Assembly (NCBI GenBank): GCA_050950285.1 | Contig: JBMNHG010000003.1 | Coordinates: forward strand, 310,001-374,000 | DNA: 64,000 nucleotides | Direction: 5' to 3' | From: Kiritimatiellia bacterium | GTDB lineage: Bacteria; Verrucomicrobiota; Kiritimatiellia; RFP12; JBMNHG01 | Part shown: positions 1 to 10,490 of the stretch, piece after piece | Numbering within the stretch: position 1 is the stretch's first letter | Layout of the letters: each line of letters starts with the position of its first letter | Program-made: the position numbers and the translations under genes | The notes under the pieces: generated by a model | Seen by the model: only the letters and a program-made list of their open reading frames with translations | Told to the model about the DNA's origin: nothing | Database searches by the model: none

Positions 1-384
1 GCGGAGGTCGTGCGCCGCAACTGGCTGGGCCTGCCCCGGGTCGTGTGCCGCCTCGAAAGCCCCGAGCCGGTGACCGACCGCCCCTTCCGCGAACAGAACG
101 GCATGACCTGCTTCTCGACCGAGTTCATGCGGCACTGGCAAGCCGACTTCGGCGACGCCGAGCCGCCGCTGCTCCGCGGCGAATACGCCGACGATGACGC
201 CGACGGCTTGCCCAACTGGTTCGAGATGTACTGGTTCGGGAAGTTCCTCGACTGGTCCACCGCCACCGTCGCCGACCCCGATGCCGACCCGAACCAGGAC
301 GGCAAGACGAACCTCGAGCACTACCTCGACCAGACCGACCCCACGCAACCGGCCGAAGCCGCGGCGCGCCAAGGCGAGGATTGA
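1..384 (+). CDS. 3' end of a protein with Asp-rich thrombospondin type-3-like Ca-binding repeats (5'-truncated by window edge)
   Basis: Frame open from base 1 to TGA at 382-384; motifs DDDADGLPNWFE and DPDADPNQDGKTNLEHYLDQTDP. Confidence 0.7.
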   Translation, partial: AEVVRRNWLGLPRVVCRLESPEPVTDRPFREQNGMTCFSTEFMRHWQADFGDAEPPLLRGEYADDDADGLPNWFEMYWFGKFLDWSTATVADPDADPNQDGKTNLEHYLDQTDPTQPAEAAARQGED

Positions 385-409
385 CCCGTCCGGCTCCTTG
401 TGAGATACT
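381..409 (+). promoter_or_regulatory. sigma70-like promoter for pgk
   Basis: TTGACC-17 bp-GATACT with TG just upstream of the -10, about 50 bp before the pgk ATG. Confidence 0.5.
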
Positions 410-459
410 CCTTTTTTCTTTTCCAACCACTCCAACGGGGCCCCAAGGGCTGAGGAATC

Positions 460-1752
460 ATGAGCAAGAAGACGCTTCGCGACATCGATCTCAAGGGCAA
501 GCGCGTATTGATGCGCGTGGACTTCAACGTGCCGATGGCCAAGGATGGCTCCGGCCGGATCACGGACGACACCCGCGTGCAGGCGGCGCTTCCCTCGATC
601 CGGTACGTGCTCGGGCAGGGTGGCAGCCTCGTGCTCATGAGCCATCTCGGCCGCCCGAAGGGGAAGGGCTACGAAGCCGAGTTCAGCCTGAAGCCCGTGG
701 CCGTGCACCTGGCCGAAGTCCTGGGGCAGGAGGTCAAGTTCGCTCCCGACTGCCTGGCGGCCGACGATGTCGTGTCCTCCCTCCAGCCCGGCGAAATCGT
801 CCTTCTCGAGAACACCCGCTTCTACAAGGCCGAAGACGGCACGGTGAAGAAGGACGACGAGAAGAAGGGCATCCACCTCACCGAGGAGGAGTTCCAGGCG
901 AAGACGGCCGAGCTCGAGGCCGGCCGCGAGGAGATGGCCCGCAAGCTCGCCTCCTACGGCGACGTCTACTGCAACGACGCCTTTGGCGCCGCCCACCGCG
1001 CCCACGCCTCCACCTCGGTCGTCGCCCGATACCTCGACACCGCCGTCTCCGGCTTCCTCATGGAAAAGGAGCTCCGGTACCTCGGCTCCGCCGTGGAGAA
1101 TCCCGTCCGCCCGTTCGTCGCCATCCTCGGCGGCGCGAAGGTCTCCGACAAACTCGCCGTGGTGAAGAACCTCCTCGCGAAGGTCGACACCCTCATCATC
1201 GGAGGCGGCATGGCCTACACCTTCAAGAAGGCGCTGGGCTTCCAGGTCGGCGCGTCGCTCTGCGAGGACGGCCAGGTCCCCTACGCCAGGGAGATGCTCG
1301 AAACCGCCAAGGCCAAGGGCGTGAAGCTGCTTCTCCCGGTGGACAACGTGATCGCGGACAAGTTCCCCGAGACGGAGGATGCCTCCGACATCCGGATGGA
1401 GCTCGCCGACGGCGACATTCCCGAAGGCTGGATGGGCCTCGACATCGGCCCGAAGTCGGTCGCCCTCTTCGCGGAAGCCATCCGGGGCGCGAAGACGGTG
1501 GTGTGGAACGGCCCCATGGGCTGCTTCGAGTTCGCTCCGCTCGCGAAGGGCACCTATGGCGTGTGCGACGCCGTCGCCACCGTGAAGGCCAACGGCGGCA
1601 CCTCGATCATCGGCGGCGGCGACAGCGTGAGCGCCGTCAAGCAGTCGGGCAAGGATTCCGAGATGAGCCACGTCTCCACCGGCGGCGGCGCGTCCCTTGA
1701 ATTCCTCGAAGGCAAGGTGCTCCCCGGCGTGGCCGCCCTCGACGACCTCTAG
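460..1752 (+). CDS. pgk: phosphoglycerate kinase
   Basis: [65 protein letters not shown] motifs; GAGG RBS. Confidence 0.98.
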   Translation: MSKKTLRDIDLKGKRVLMRVDFNVPMAKDGSGRITDDTRVQAALPSIRYVLGQGGSLVLMSHLGRPKGKGYEAEFSLKPVAVHLAEVLGQEVKFAPDCLAADDVVSSLQPGEIVLLENTRFYKAEDGTVKKDDEKKGIHLTEEEFQAKTAELEAGREEMARKLASYGDVYCNDAFGAAHRAHASTSVVARYLDTAVSGFLMEKELRYLGSAVENPVRPFVAILGGAKVSDKLAVVKNLLAKVDTLIIGGGMAYTFKKALGFQVGASLCEDGQVPYAREMLETAKAKGVKLLLPVDNVIADKFPETEDASDIRMELADGDIPEGWMGLDIGPKSVALFAEAIRGAKTVVWNGPMGCFEFAPLAKGTYGVCDAVATVKANGGTSIIGGGDSVSAVKQSGKDSEMSHVSTGGGASLEFLEGKVLPGVAALDDL

Positions 1753-1827
1753 TCCGCCCCCTGAAAACGGCGTGCCGCGATTCGTTCCCGTCCATCCCGA
1801 AATCCGCCCCCCGCCCGCGAGCTGCCC

Positions 1828-2604
1828 ATGACCCAGATCCATCCGACCGCCATCGTCTCACCCGGCGCCCAAATCGGCGAAGGCGTCGAAATCGGCCCGT
1901 ACTGCACCATCGGCGAGAACGTCGTCATCGGCGACGGCACCCGGCTGATTTCCCATGTGGTGATCGACGGCCACACGACCCTCGGCAAGAACTGCAACAT
2001 CTTCCCCTTCGCCTGCCTCGGGATGCAGACGCAGGATCTCAAGTACAGGGGCGGCACCACCTATGCGATCATCGGCGACAACACGACGTTGCGCGAATGC
2101 GTCACGGTGAACACCGGCACGCGCGACGGCGAAGCCACGAAGATCGGCAACCGGTGCCACATCATGGCCTACTGCCACATCTCGCACGGCACCGTCCTCG
2201 GCAACGAGGTGATCATGTCGAACACCACGCAGCTCGCCGGCGAAACGATCGTGGAGGATCGGGCGGTCATCTCCGGGCTTGTCGGGGTGCACCAGTTCTG
2301 CCGCATCGGCTCGCTCGCCATGATTGGCGGCGGCACGGCGGTATCGCAGGACTGCCCGCCCTACATGATCACCACCGGCAGCGGCTCCGAAGCCGCCGTG
2401 CGCGGGCTCAACACCGTGGGGCTGCGGCGCCACAACGTCCCCCAGGAGACGCGGTCGGCGCTCAAGCAGGCCTACCGCCTGCTCTATCGCGAAGGCCTCA
2501 ACCACTCGCAGGCGTGCGCCCGCATCCAGTCGGATCTCCCCGATCTCCCCGAGATCCGCCACCTCCTCGAGTTCTACGCGTCCTCCCAGCGCGGCGTGCT
2601 GTAG
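1828..2604 (+). CDS. lpxA: acyl-ACP--UDP-N-acetylglucosamine O-acyltransferase
   Basis: IHPTAIV start, hexapeptide repeats, QDLKY, VHQFCRIG, GLNTVGLRR. Confidence 0.95.
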   Translation: MTQIHPTAIVSPGAQIGEGVEIGPYCTIGENVVIGDGTRLISHVVIDGHTTLGKNCNIFPFACLGMQTQDLKYRGGTTYAIIGDNTTLRECVTVNTGTRDGEATKIGNRCHIMAYCHISHGTVLGNEVIMSNTTQLAGETIVEDRAVISGLVGVHQFCRIGSLAMIGGGTAVSQDCPPYMITTGSGSEAAVRGLNTVGLRRHNVPQETRSALKQAYRLLYREGLNHSQACARIQSDLPDLPEIRHLLEFYASSQRGVL

Positions 2605-2635
2605 TTGCGCCGCGCCCTGGCGCAAGGCGGCCTTT

Positions 2636-5578
2636 TCAGCGGAGTTCGACCGCTTCGAGCGCCGCGTCCATCGCATCGCGCGCGGCGTCGAGCGTGGCGG
2701 CGTCGGGCGCCGCGAAGGCCGCCTTCACGGCGCCGGCTCCGCCGGCGAACGGGGCAAGCCAGATTTCGCGCGCCAGACGCCGTTCCCCCGGATGCATCGT
2801 CGCATCGAGGTCGATGCGGACGCGCCAGGCGCGGGCCCCGTTCCATTCCGTCACGGTCGCATCCCAGCGGTCGCTGGGAGCCAGCACGGGGAAGACGCCC
2901 TCCGGCGCGGCGCCCGCGGGCAGCATCGCGAGTTCGGTCGCGACGCGGCGCACGGACGGCGTCCGCCCGGGAAGGAGCGCGGAACGGGCCCGTCCGTCTT
3001 CCGGCAGTTCCGGCAGGGTCACCGCCGGGTTCTCGCGGGAGGGGATCGCCACCACGGGACGCGCGGCGACGCCATCGAGGGCGAATTCCAGCACGCCGCG
3101 AAGGTCGTGGTCCCACTGCGGCCAGCGCATCTCCAGCCCGTTGGCCCGGAAGACGAGGCGCACGGCGTCGTTCGTCTCCGAAGCCCCGTCGAGGCGCACG
3201 ACGACGGGCTTCCCGGGCCTGGCCTTGACGGTGCGGAGGTTCGTGGGGGCGGCCGCGGGGCCGTCCGCTTCCGGAGGACGGGCGCAACGGACGGGATAGG
3301 GGCCGAAGTCGACATCGACCTCGCCGCCGAGGTTGGCGGTGAAGGAGACCCTGGGCGTGCCGTCCTCCCCGCGCGAGAAGCCGACGTCCGAGAGCATCGG
3401 GCCGTCGGTCTTTTCGACCACCCGCAGGAAGCGCGGGTAGTCGGCGGATTCGACGCGGACGACGAGCGTGTCGGCGGTGCCGCGGAGGAGCTGCACGGGG
3501 ACCCCGGCGTCGGCAATGGGGTCATAGGCGGAGACGGACGCGCCTTTGCCGCGAAGGTTGCCGAAGGTGATGTCGAAGGTCTGGGGAGGCATCGTGTAGC
3601 GGGCGGGATCGAAGGGGTCCGCCGACGGGTTCCACTCGCGGGTGGCGTCGTGCGTCACCACGTAGTATCCGATCTGGAAGGTGCGTTCGTCGGTCTGGAA
3701 CGGCAGGATCGCGAAATCGTCGCGGTTGAAGCGGTCGGGCGCGCCCTCGGTGCCGTCGCCCTTCCAGACGAGGCGCGGGTCGTGCTCGACGAGGCGGTCC
3801 ACGCGGAGTTTCCGGGCCACGTCGAAGGGGCGGCCGTCGCGGAAGAGGGCGGTGACGCGTCCGACGGCGCGGACCTGCGGGCCGATGGCGTCGCGCACGG
3901 CGTCGGTGAGGACGCCTCCGGAGGCTTCGAGGGCCCTGAAGTAGGCGGCGGGGATCACGCCGAGGCCGCAATCGTCCGGATCGTTCGCCTGGAAGACGGT
4001 GTGGGTGGTCTCTCCCTTGTGCCCGCTCATCACGAGGAGGCGGAGGAGCCAGCGGGCGCCCATCTCATGCGAGAGGGCGACGAGGCGCGGATCGTCGGCG
4101 GCGACGCCATTCTCCTTCATCAGGCGGGTGGCCCACGGGATGCGCCAATAGTTCACCTCGGTGCGCCAGACCTGGCCGGGGCGGCCGTCGCCGTTGTGGC
4201 CGTAGCGGAAGTGCCGCGCGAAGCTGATCGGGCCGGTGGACGTGGAGGGGAAGGGCTGGACGTCGCGGATGACGAATTCGGTCTTGAGGCCCGTGCCCCA
4301 GTATTCGGGGAGAGACCAGACCTGGTCCGGGATGAAGAACGAGCCGGGGATGACGCCGTGCCATTCCTTGTGGTCGGGTTCGCCGACGAGGCGGCCGAGT
4401 TTGTCCAGGGGGCCGCTGTCCGCGAAATCGGGGTGTCCGGGGTTGATCGCGATGCGTTCGGTGCCGGTGTAGTAGTGGCGCGAGATGCCGGCCTGGCCGG
4501 GCCAGCGGTCGGTGAGGTTGTCCCACGGGCGCTGGTTGGAGAAGCCGCTGACCACGTTCACGCCGGGGCAATGGTTCGCGGGGTCGCGGACGAAATCGAC
4601 GGTCATCGGAAGGATGGCTTCGGGGCCTTTCGCCTCGAGGCCGTCGCGGTTGCGGTAGACCATGGGTTCGCGGAAGTCGAGTTTGGGGTCGAAGTAGTGG
4701 TTGATGTCGAGGAAGCAGCTGCCGAAGGTGTATTCGTTCCAGACTTCGAGGTCGAAGCCGGCGTCGGCCGCGTCGTTGGTGGTGCCGAGCCCCTCCTTGG
4801 CCACGCGGCAGACGGCGCCCACGTAGGCGAGCCAGCCGTCCATGGTCTCGGCGCTGGCGGGGTTGGGCGTGCCGTCCTCGAAGACCGATCCGGAGAAGGG
4901 GCGGAAGCGCGTCTCGGTGAGGGTCAGGCCGCCCGCCTCGAGGTTCACGGGCAGCGGCGCGGAGAGTTCGCATCGGCCGGTTCCGGCGTCTGCGGCGATG
5001 ATTTCGGGGTATGCGGCCCGGTAGTCGTCGAGGTTCGTGAGGCCGGTGTAGCCGGGGCGGATGGCGGAGACGTCGTCCACGCGGATGAAGCGCTGTCCGG
5101 CGGGGGCGTCCTCGAGCAGGCGCACGACGTGGCTGCGCGTGGGGCCGGGGATTCCGTGATGGGCGTTCAGGAGGATGAGGGGGCGGATTCCGGCATCGCG
5201 AAGGGTGCGCATCGTCTCGCGCATGCCCTCCTCGTCGGCGAAGCGGCCGCCCTCCCAGAGCACGTTGCACCAGCCCCATTCGACGCGCGCGGAACGGAAG
5301 CCCGCCTCGGCGAGGAGGCGCGCGGTGGCCGGAGCGCCACCGAAGGTCACCCCCGGCATCTCGAGCCAGCGGGAGGCGGGCCAGGTGTCCATGTAGGCGC
5401 GCCAGGGCTGGAGGTAGTACGAGCGCAATCCGAAGGCGATTTCGGCCTGGAGCGGCTGCTCGTAGGGCGTCTCCAGTTCGGCGGTGACGCTGCCGGCCTT
5501 CGGCACGGGCGTCGCCGCGAAGGCGGGCAGGGCCAAGGGAAGGGCCAGAAGGAGCAGGACGGCGTTCGGCGTTTTCAT
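2636..5578 (-). CDS. secreted ~980-aa putative glycoside hydrolase (clan GH-A-like)
   Basis: True start MKTPNAVLLLLALPLALPAFAA (signal peptide) inside the long 2636..8800 ORF; DLEVWNEY (acid/base-like) and QVWRTEVN (nucleophile-like) motifs. Confidence 0.65.
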   Translation of the reverse strand: MKTPNAVLLLLALPLALPAFAATPVPKAGSVTAELETPYEQPLQAEIAFGLRSYYLQPWRAYMDTWPASRWLEMPGVTFGGAPATARLLAEAGFRSARVEWGWCNVLWEGGRFADEEGMRETMRTLRDAGIRPLILLNAHHGIPGPTRSHVVRLLEDAPAGQRFIRVDDVSAIRPGYTGLTNLDDYRAAYPEIIAADAGTGRCELSAPLPVNLEAGGLTLTETRFRPFSGSVFEDGTPNPASAETMDGWLAYVGAVCRVAKEGLGTTNDAADAGFDLEVWNEYTFGSCFLDINHYFDPKLDFREPMVYRNRDGLEAKGPEAILPMTVDFVRDPANHCPGVNVVSGFSNQRPWDNLTDRWPGQAGISRHYYTGTERIAINPGHPDFADSGPLDKLGRLVGEPDHKEWHGVIPGSFFIPDQVWSLPEYWGTGLKTEFVIRDVQPFPSTSTGPISFARHFRYGHNGDGRPGQVWRTEVNYWRIPWATRLMKENGVAADDPRLVALSHEMGARWLLRLLVMSGHKGETTHTVFQANDPDDCGLGVIPAAYFRALEASGGVLTDAVRDAIGPQVRAVGRVTALFRDGRPFDVARKLRVDRLVEHDPRLVWKGDGTEGAPDRFNRDDFAILPFQTDERTFQIGYYVVTHDATREWNPSADPFDPARYTMPPQTFDITFGNLRGKGASVSAYDPIADAGVPVQLLRGTADTLVVRVESADYPRFLRVVEKTDGPMLSDVGFSRGEDGTPRVSFTANLGGEVDVDFGPYPVRCARPPEADGPAAAPTNLRTVKARPGKPVVVRLDGASETNDAVRLVFRANGLEMRWPQWDHDLRGVLEFALDGVAARPVVAIPSRENPAVTLPELPEDGRARSALLPGRTPSVRRVATELAMLPAGAAPEGVFPVLAPSDRWDATVTEWNGARAWRVRIDLDATMHPGERRLAREIWLAPFAGGAGAVKAAFAAPDAATLDAARDAMDAALEAVELR

Positions 5579-5691
5579 CGTGGGAATCCCTTTCGGCGTT
5601 TTCGAGGATTTCGACGCGGGTTCCTCCCGCACGCGGCATCCGCCGCCCGGGAACCCGGCATCGTCGGACAGGCTCGTTTCATCTCGGCGGC

Positions 5692-5721
5692 AGTATAGCC
5701 CAAACGGCGGCGCGACGGCAA
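5692..5721 (-). promoter_or_regulatory. sigma70-like promoter for the 2636..5578 gene
   Basis: Minus strand TTGCCG-18 bp-TATACT in the divergent intergenic region. Confidence 0.45.
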
Positions 5722-5833
5722 AGCCCTTCCGCCGCCGTCGGGACGTCCGGGGCCTGCCGCCGTTCGCGCGGACGAGGAGGCTTCGATGGCGGCGGGGTGT
5801 TGTGATACACTGTGCGCGGGATTGCCTGGCATC

Positions 5834-8800
5834 ATGAAACGGACCGTTCTTCTTCTGCTCGCCGCCGCCCTGGTTTTGTCGAAGGGGTTTTCCGGCGCCT
5901 TGTTCACGGAGGCGAACCGCATGGAGTTGCGCGCGACGTGGGATGGGGACGGCGTGGCGCTGGTCGCGGGGGAGGCCACGCCCGCCGGATTCCTCTACTA
6001 TCCGGGAGAGCCGTGCGACCTTGCGCTTTCGATCCCCGCGGACGCCGCAAAAAGCGGCGCGCCGTTTTTTCTCGAGGCGCAGCGGGTCCACACGCGCGTG
6101 GTCCGAAAGGATCCGGCGGTCCACATCCCCACCTTCGGGAACCCGGACATCCTCACGCTGGAGGGCGGGCCGTCCCGCACGGGCGCGTTCGCGCGGGACG
6201 CGGACGTCACGCGGGTCCGAGTCCCGCTTGGGGAGGCGTTCGGAACGTACGCGGTCGTCCTCTGCAGGGGCGCCGGGGCTGACGCCGCGGACCGCCATTT
6301 CCTCGGCACGGTCGCGCGCGTGCCGGCTCCGAACGACTGTGCCGATCCGCTTCTCGCGGCGCCCGTGCTGGGCGAAGGGCAGGGACAGCCCTTCGCGGAA
6401 ATGGGGCGCATGGGCGTGCGCATCGTGCGGTGCGAGATTTCGTGGGACGGCGCGCCGCCCGCCGAATACGACTGGACGCGCATGGACGCGCTGCACGGCG
6501 CGCTCCGCGCCGCCGGGCTCCAGGGCCTCTTCGTCCTTGGCGCGGTCGGTCCCCGCGCCTACTCCATGCCGGGCGTCCCCGAACCCGTCCCGGGCGCGGT
6601 GCCGCCCGACTGGGATGGGAGCTACTACCTTGGCAACGCCGATTGGGGGTGTCGCCCCGAGCGTTTCGACGACTACGCGGAGTGGGTGGGCGCCTTCTGC
6701 CGCCGCTATTGGAACGACGGCCGCGGGACGCTCTGGGGGCTCGAGAACTTCAACGAGCCTTGGGAAGGCGGAGGCATCAGCGGGTATGCGCGCGACTGCG
6801 TCACCTATCGGGAATGGCAGCGCCGTCTCGCCCGCGCCGCGCGCGCCGTAAGCCCCGGCATCCGTCTCTGTGCCGCCTCGTTCATCCAGGACACCGAGGA
6901 CAAGTTCTATTCCGAAGGGCCCCGCCGCGACGGCACCTACGAGGCCGACGCCTACCTCGACGCCTACACCGACCATTACGCCTCGCTCGGCGGTTCGTAT
7001 GGCCCGATGGTCGCGAAGCTCCACGGCAAGTTCTCCATCGAGAACGAAACCTGGCGCGCCATCAGCGATTACCAGCTCCCCCAGCTTGTCTGCGGCTCGC
7101 TCGCCTCCGGCCAGCGCGCCATGGCGCCGTGGCACGGGAGCGTCCTCTTCGACCGCGCGACCCCCGGCGGCCCGCTCTTCCCCACCACGCTCGCCGCCAC
7201 CACGGCGGTCTTCAATCGCTTCGTCGGGGGGCTCGCCTTCTCCAGGCTGGTCTTCCCCGGCCATCTTCCCTGGCTCTTCCAGTTCGGCGGGGACGACGAC
7301 CCGGACGGGGTCTGCCTCTTCTTCGGCCAGCGGCTCACGGGAGGCGGTCCCACGCCCGATCGTCGCCCGCAGGGGCGTCTCTGGGGGCAGGTCGACGCGC
7401 TCCCCGGCGGCGTGATCCGCATCCCGAACGCGGACGGTGCGCTTCGCTTCCACGGGGCCGCCGGCAATCCGGTCCACGCCGGCGAGGCCGAAGTCGTGCT
7501 GCCGCTCGACGCGCAGGTCGTGTACATCCGCGCCGCGGGCGGGCCCGCCGCCATCGAACGGGCCTTCCGCTCGGCCCGCATCGAAGGCAAGTGCGCGGTC
7601 GAGATCCTCCCGCTTTGCTTCGACCGCCTTCCCGGAGAGCCCGGGGCGCAGGTGCGCGTGGAACTCGCGAACCGCCTTGACCATGTTGCCACCGGACGGC
7701 TGGACGTGACGACGTGCGGCGACCTGGAAATCAGGAAGGCGGACAACCCGGCCACCGAAATCATCCTCGCGCCCGGAGAGCGCCGCGTGGTCGCCTTCGA
7801 CCTGGACCGCTTTGCCGCGAACCCCCGCAACCAGTATCCCTGTACCTTCGTCTTCGAAGGGCCGGACGGCCGCAACGAATGGAGCGAGACGCTCGAAGCG
7901 ACGGTGGCGCGCCGCCGTTCGCCGCGCATCGACGGCGACCTCTCCGACTGGGAGGGCATCCCCGGCGCGACCCTCGCCGGCGAGCTGGCGAATCCGGACG
8001 CCGACGAACTCGCCCGCACGCCGTGGGCGCGCATGACCCGCGAAATCAACGCCCCCGCCGTCGTGCCCCGCACCGGCGCCTCCTTCGAGGAGCTCGCCGC
8101 CACCCTGCCTCCCCACGCCATCGCCGGCGAAGTGCGCCTCGCATGGGACAGGAAAGCCCTCTACGTCGCGGCGCGCGTCCGCGACACCAGCCCACAGGCC
8201 GACAAGGTCCGCATGGCCACACGCGACGACGAGGGCTACTTCCACTCCGCCGCCTCCGATTCCGAGGAGCCGTGGAAAAGCTGGCTCGCCCGCGTCTCGC
8301 CGGACGGCGCCCGCAGCTTCGCCGAAGTCCCGCACGTCTACCGGCGCAAGCCGCACGACAACGCCTACACCGGCGACCAGCTCCAGCTTCTGTTCAACCT
8401 CGTCGAAGGCTACGGCGACCTCGCGCCCGCCACGGCCGTGCCCTGGGGCTTCCACGCCGTGCCGGACACCGACTACGAGTTCTGCGCCTACCTCTGCGCC
8501 GACGGCCGGCCCGAACTCTGGAACCTGCTCGCGCCCGGAATGCCGCGCATGCACGACTGGCCTCGCCAGCCGCGCGGGAAGCGGGCCACCAACCCGACGC
8601 CGGGCGCGAAGATCGCCATCCGGCAGGAAGGCGACATCCGCACCTACGAGATCGCCATCCCGCGCAAGATCCTCGGACTCGGCCCGTTGAAACGCGGGCA
8701 GACCCTGAAATTCGGCTTCCTCGTCCACGACGACCACGGAGCCCGCGCCGCCTTCGGCGAAGCCAAGGCGCGATGCAAAGACAACGGACTCACGGCCCAT

Positions 8801-8854
8801 TCGTACTGGCGTTCGACGCCCGCCTGCGAAGTCGAATGGACGTTGGTGGACTAA
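5834..8854 (+). CDS. secreted ~1006-aa putative glycoside hydrolase (GH39/GH5-like barrel) with C-terminal CBM9/DOMON-like sugar-binding domain
   Basis: Signal peptide MKRTVLLLLAAALVL; YDWTRMD, ENFNEPWEG, SIENETW; C-terminal PRIDGDLSDW, LAWDRKALYVAARVRD, TYEIAIP. Confidence 0.7.
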   Translation: MKRTVLLLLAAALVLSKGFSGALFTEANRMELRATWDGDGVALVAGEATPAGFLYYPGEPCDLALSIPADAAKSGAPFFLEAQRVHTRVVRKDPAVHIPTFGNPDILTLEGGPSRTGAFARDADVTRVRVPLGEAFGTYAVVLCRGAGADAADRHFLGTVARVPAPNDCADPLLAAPVLGEGQGQPFAEMGRMGVRIVRCEISWDGAPPAEYDWTRMDALHGALRAAGLQGLFVLGAVGPRAYSMPGVPEPVPGAVPPDWDGSYYLGNADWGCRPERFDDYAEWVGAFCRRYWNDGRGTLWGLENFNEPWEGGGISGYARDCVTYREWQRRLARAARAVSPGIRLCAASFIQDTEDKFYSEGPRRDGTYEADAYLDAYTDHYASLGGSYGPMVAKLHGKFSIENETWRAISDYQLPQLVCGSLASGQRAMAPWHGSVLFDRATPGGPLFPTTLAATTAVFNRFVGGLAFSRLVFPGHLPWLFQFGGDDDPDGVCLFFGQRLTGGGPTPDRRPQGRLWGQVDALPGGVIRIPNADGALRFHGAAGNPVHAGEAEVVLPLDAQVVYIRAAGGPAAIERAFRSARIEGKCAVEILPLCFDRLPGEPGAQVRVELANRLDHVATGRLDVTTCGDLEIRKADNPATEIILAPGERRVVAFDLDRFAANPRNQYPCTFVFEGPDGRNEWSETLEATVARRRSPRIDGDLSDWEGIPGATLAGELANPDADELARTPWARMTREINAPAVVPRTGASFEELAATLPPHAIAGEVRLAWDRKALYVAARVRDTSPQADKVRMATRDDEGYFHSAASDSEEPWKSWLARVSPDGARSFAEVPHVYRRKPHDNAYTGDQLQLLFNLVEGYGDLAPATAVPWGFHAVPDTDYEFCAYLCADGRPELWNLLAPGMPRMHDWPRQPRGKRATNPTPGAKIAIRQEGDIRTYEIAIPRKILGLGPLKRGQTLKFGFLVHDDHGARAAFGEAKARCKDNGLTAHSYWRSTPACEVEWTLVD

Positions 8855-8889
8855 CCCGCCGCGCGTTGCGGGAGGCGGCGGAAGTCCCG

Positions 8890-10434
8890 TTACTGCGTGA
8901 TGGCGTACATCAGCAGGTTTTCACCGAGCTGGAGCGCCGCCGCATCGTCGTAGCCGAGCGCGTAGGGGCTTTGCGAAAGCTCCCAGCCGCCCGCGAGGCC
9001 GTAGGGGCTGTAGAGTACGGCGAGATGGCCGTCCTGCTCCACGCCCAGGAGGACCGGCTCGATGGCGGTCTTTCCTCCCGCCTGCTGCGACAGCGCGGGC
9101 GTAACCGCGAGCTTCGTGATCCGGTTGGGCATCGCGAAGAGCGGATGGTTCGGCAGAAGCTGCTGCAATTTGGCGCCGGGAAGCACCTTCGCCAGCATTT
9201 CGCGGAAGGCGTGGTCGAAGCCCTTGCGGCCGCAGCAGGCCTCGCCGATCAGCAGCCCGCCGTTCGCGAGGTAGGCGCGAAGCGCGGCGATCTCGTCCGG
9301 CGAAAGCGTGAAATCCTCGTGCCCGGTCATGTAGAGCACGGGCGCGTCATGCAGCGCGGGATCGGCGAGCGACATCTCCTTGCGCTCGAAGGTCACGGGG
9401 ATGTCCGTCTTCTGGTTGAACTGCCGGAGCAGCACGGAGATGCCGGCGTGACGGGTCTTCCATTCCCCTCCGTAGACCACCTGGGCGATGGCCATGCTGC
9501 CGCCGACCGAGGTTCCCGGCTCGTCCACGAAGGTCATCGCCTGCGCCGCCTGGCGAGCCCATGCGCGCATCGACGTGGCATAGGCGAGGATGTTCATGCC
9601 GAGTTTCTGCGCGGATTCGGCGTCGTACGCCAGGAGCGAGTCGTCGTCCATCGGATCCCAGCCCACCTCCATGCCCCAGCGGGAGATGACGGCCACGGTG
9701 CGGCAGTTCACGGTGACGCCCTCGATCCACGGCTCGTCGCTCGCATAGCCCGCGCTGCGCACGCCTTGGCGGTAGGTCACGCGGTCGATGTCGTAGTACG
9801 AATGGAAGATGGGATGGTCGGGGCCCAGGCGGCGGACGGGGGCTTCGGGGAGGACCTCCTCCATCACCCGGCGCGCGGAATCGTAGAAGGGCTTCGAGCC
9901 CATGCCGGCGTTGAAGATGATCATGCCGCCGTTCAGCAGATACTCGCGGAGCTTCGCCCTCTCGGCGGGGGAGAGCGAGAAGTGGAAGTGGCCGGTGCGG
10001 TAGAGGATGGGGTTCCGCTCGGGATCCGGATCGACCTCGGCAAAGGACTTGGCCTCGCAGGCGAAGTCGACGTCCGCCATGCCCTTGAGCGCCTTGAGCA
10101 GGTTGTTCAGGTCGTTCGGCCGTGCGGCCCAGTCGATCTCCCCGTAGGGCGAGGTGAGTTTCGTGAACATCACGGGCGGCTTGGGCGGCGCCTTCTTCTC
10201 CGAACGGCTCTGGGGGGTGACGGGCGGTCCGGGGTAGGGCACGTACGACTCGCCGCCGGCGATGTTGGCGGGAGGCGGCGGCGGATCGGGCGGACGGGGC
10301 GGGGGAGGGACGAATCCGGGCTCGTTGGAGCCATCCCCGGGGAAGATGATGCCGCCGACGGCGCTCGAAACGCCGAGGCAAAGCGCCAGCATCGCGAACA
10401 TCGGCAGAGTCGCGCGTTTCATCGGATTTCGCAT
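8890..10434 (-). CDS. secreted tandem DUF4159-domain protein with Pro-rich N-terminus
   Basis: Signal peptide; two repeats of P(I/V)LY(R/M)TGH..F.LS..E...LR.YL.NGG and HP(I/L)F; each ends LG.N(I/L)L.YA. Confidence 0.8.
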   Translation of the reverse strand: MRNPMKRATLPMFAMLALCLGVSSAVGGIIFPGDGSNEPGFVPPPPRPPDPPPPPANIAGGESYVPYPGPPVTPQSRSEKKAPPKPPVMFTKLTSPYGEIDWAARPNDLNNLLKALKGMADVDFACEAKSFAEVDPDPERNPILYRTGHFHFSLSPAERAKLREYLLNGGMIIFNAGMGSKPFYDSARRVMEEVLPEAPVRRLGPDHPIFHSYYDIDRVTYRQGVRSAGYASDEPWIEGVTVNCRTVAVISRWGMEVGWDPMDDDSLLAYDAESAQKLGMNILAYATSMRAWARQAAQAMTFVDEPGTSVGGSMAIAQVVYGGEWKTRHAGISVLLRQFNQKTDIPVTFERKEMSLADPALHDAPVLYMTGHEDFTLSPDEIAALRAYLANGGLLIGEACCGRKGFDHAFREMLAKVLPGAKLQQLLPNHPLFAMPNRITKLAVTPALSQQAGGKTAIEPVLLGVEQDGHLAVLYSPYGLAGGWELSQSPYALGYDDAAALQLGENLLMYAITQ

Positions 10435-10490
10435 GGTGTCCTCCTTGTTCTTCGGGGTGTTGTGCTCGGCTGGCTCGCCGGCGCGGGCGG

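Noticed and set aside
5579..8800. Upstream extension of the 2054-aa minus-strand ORF
   Set aside because: It is the antisense shadow of the 5834..8854 gene; the real protein starts at 5578 with a signal peptide
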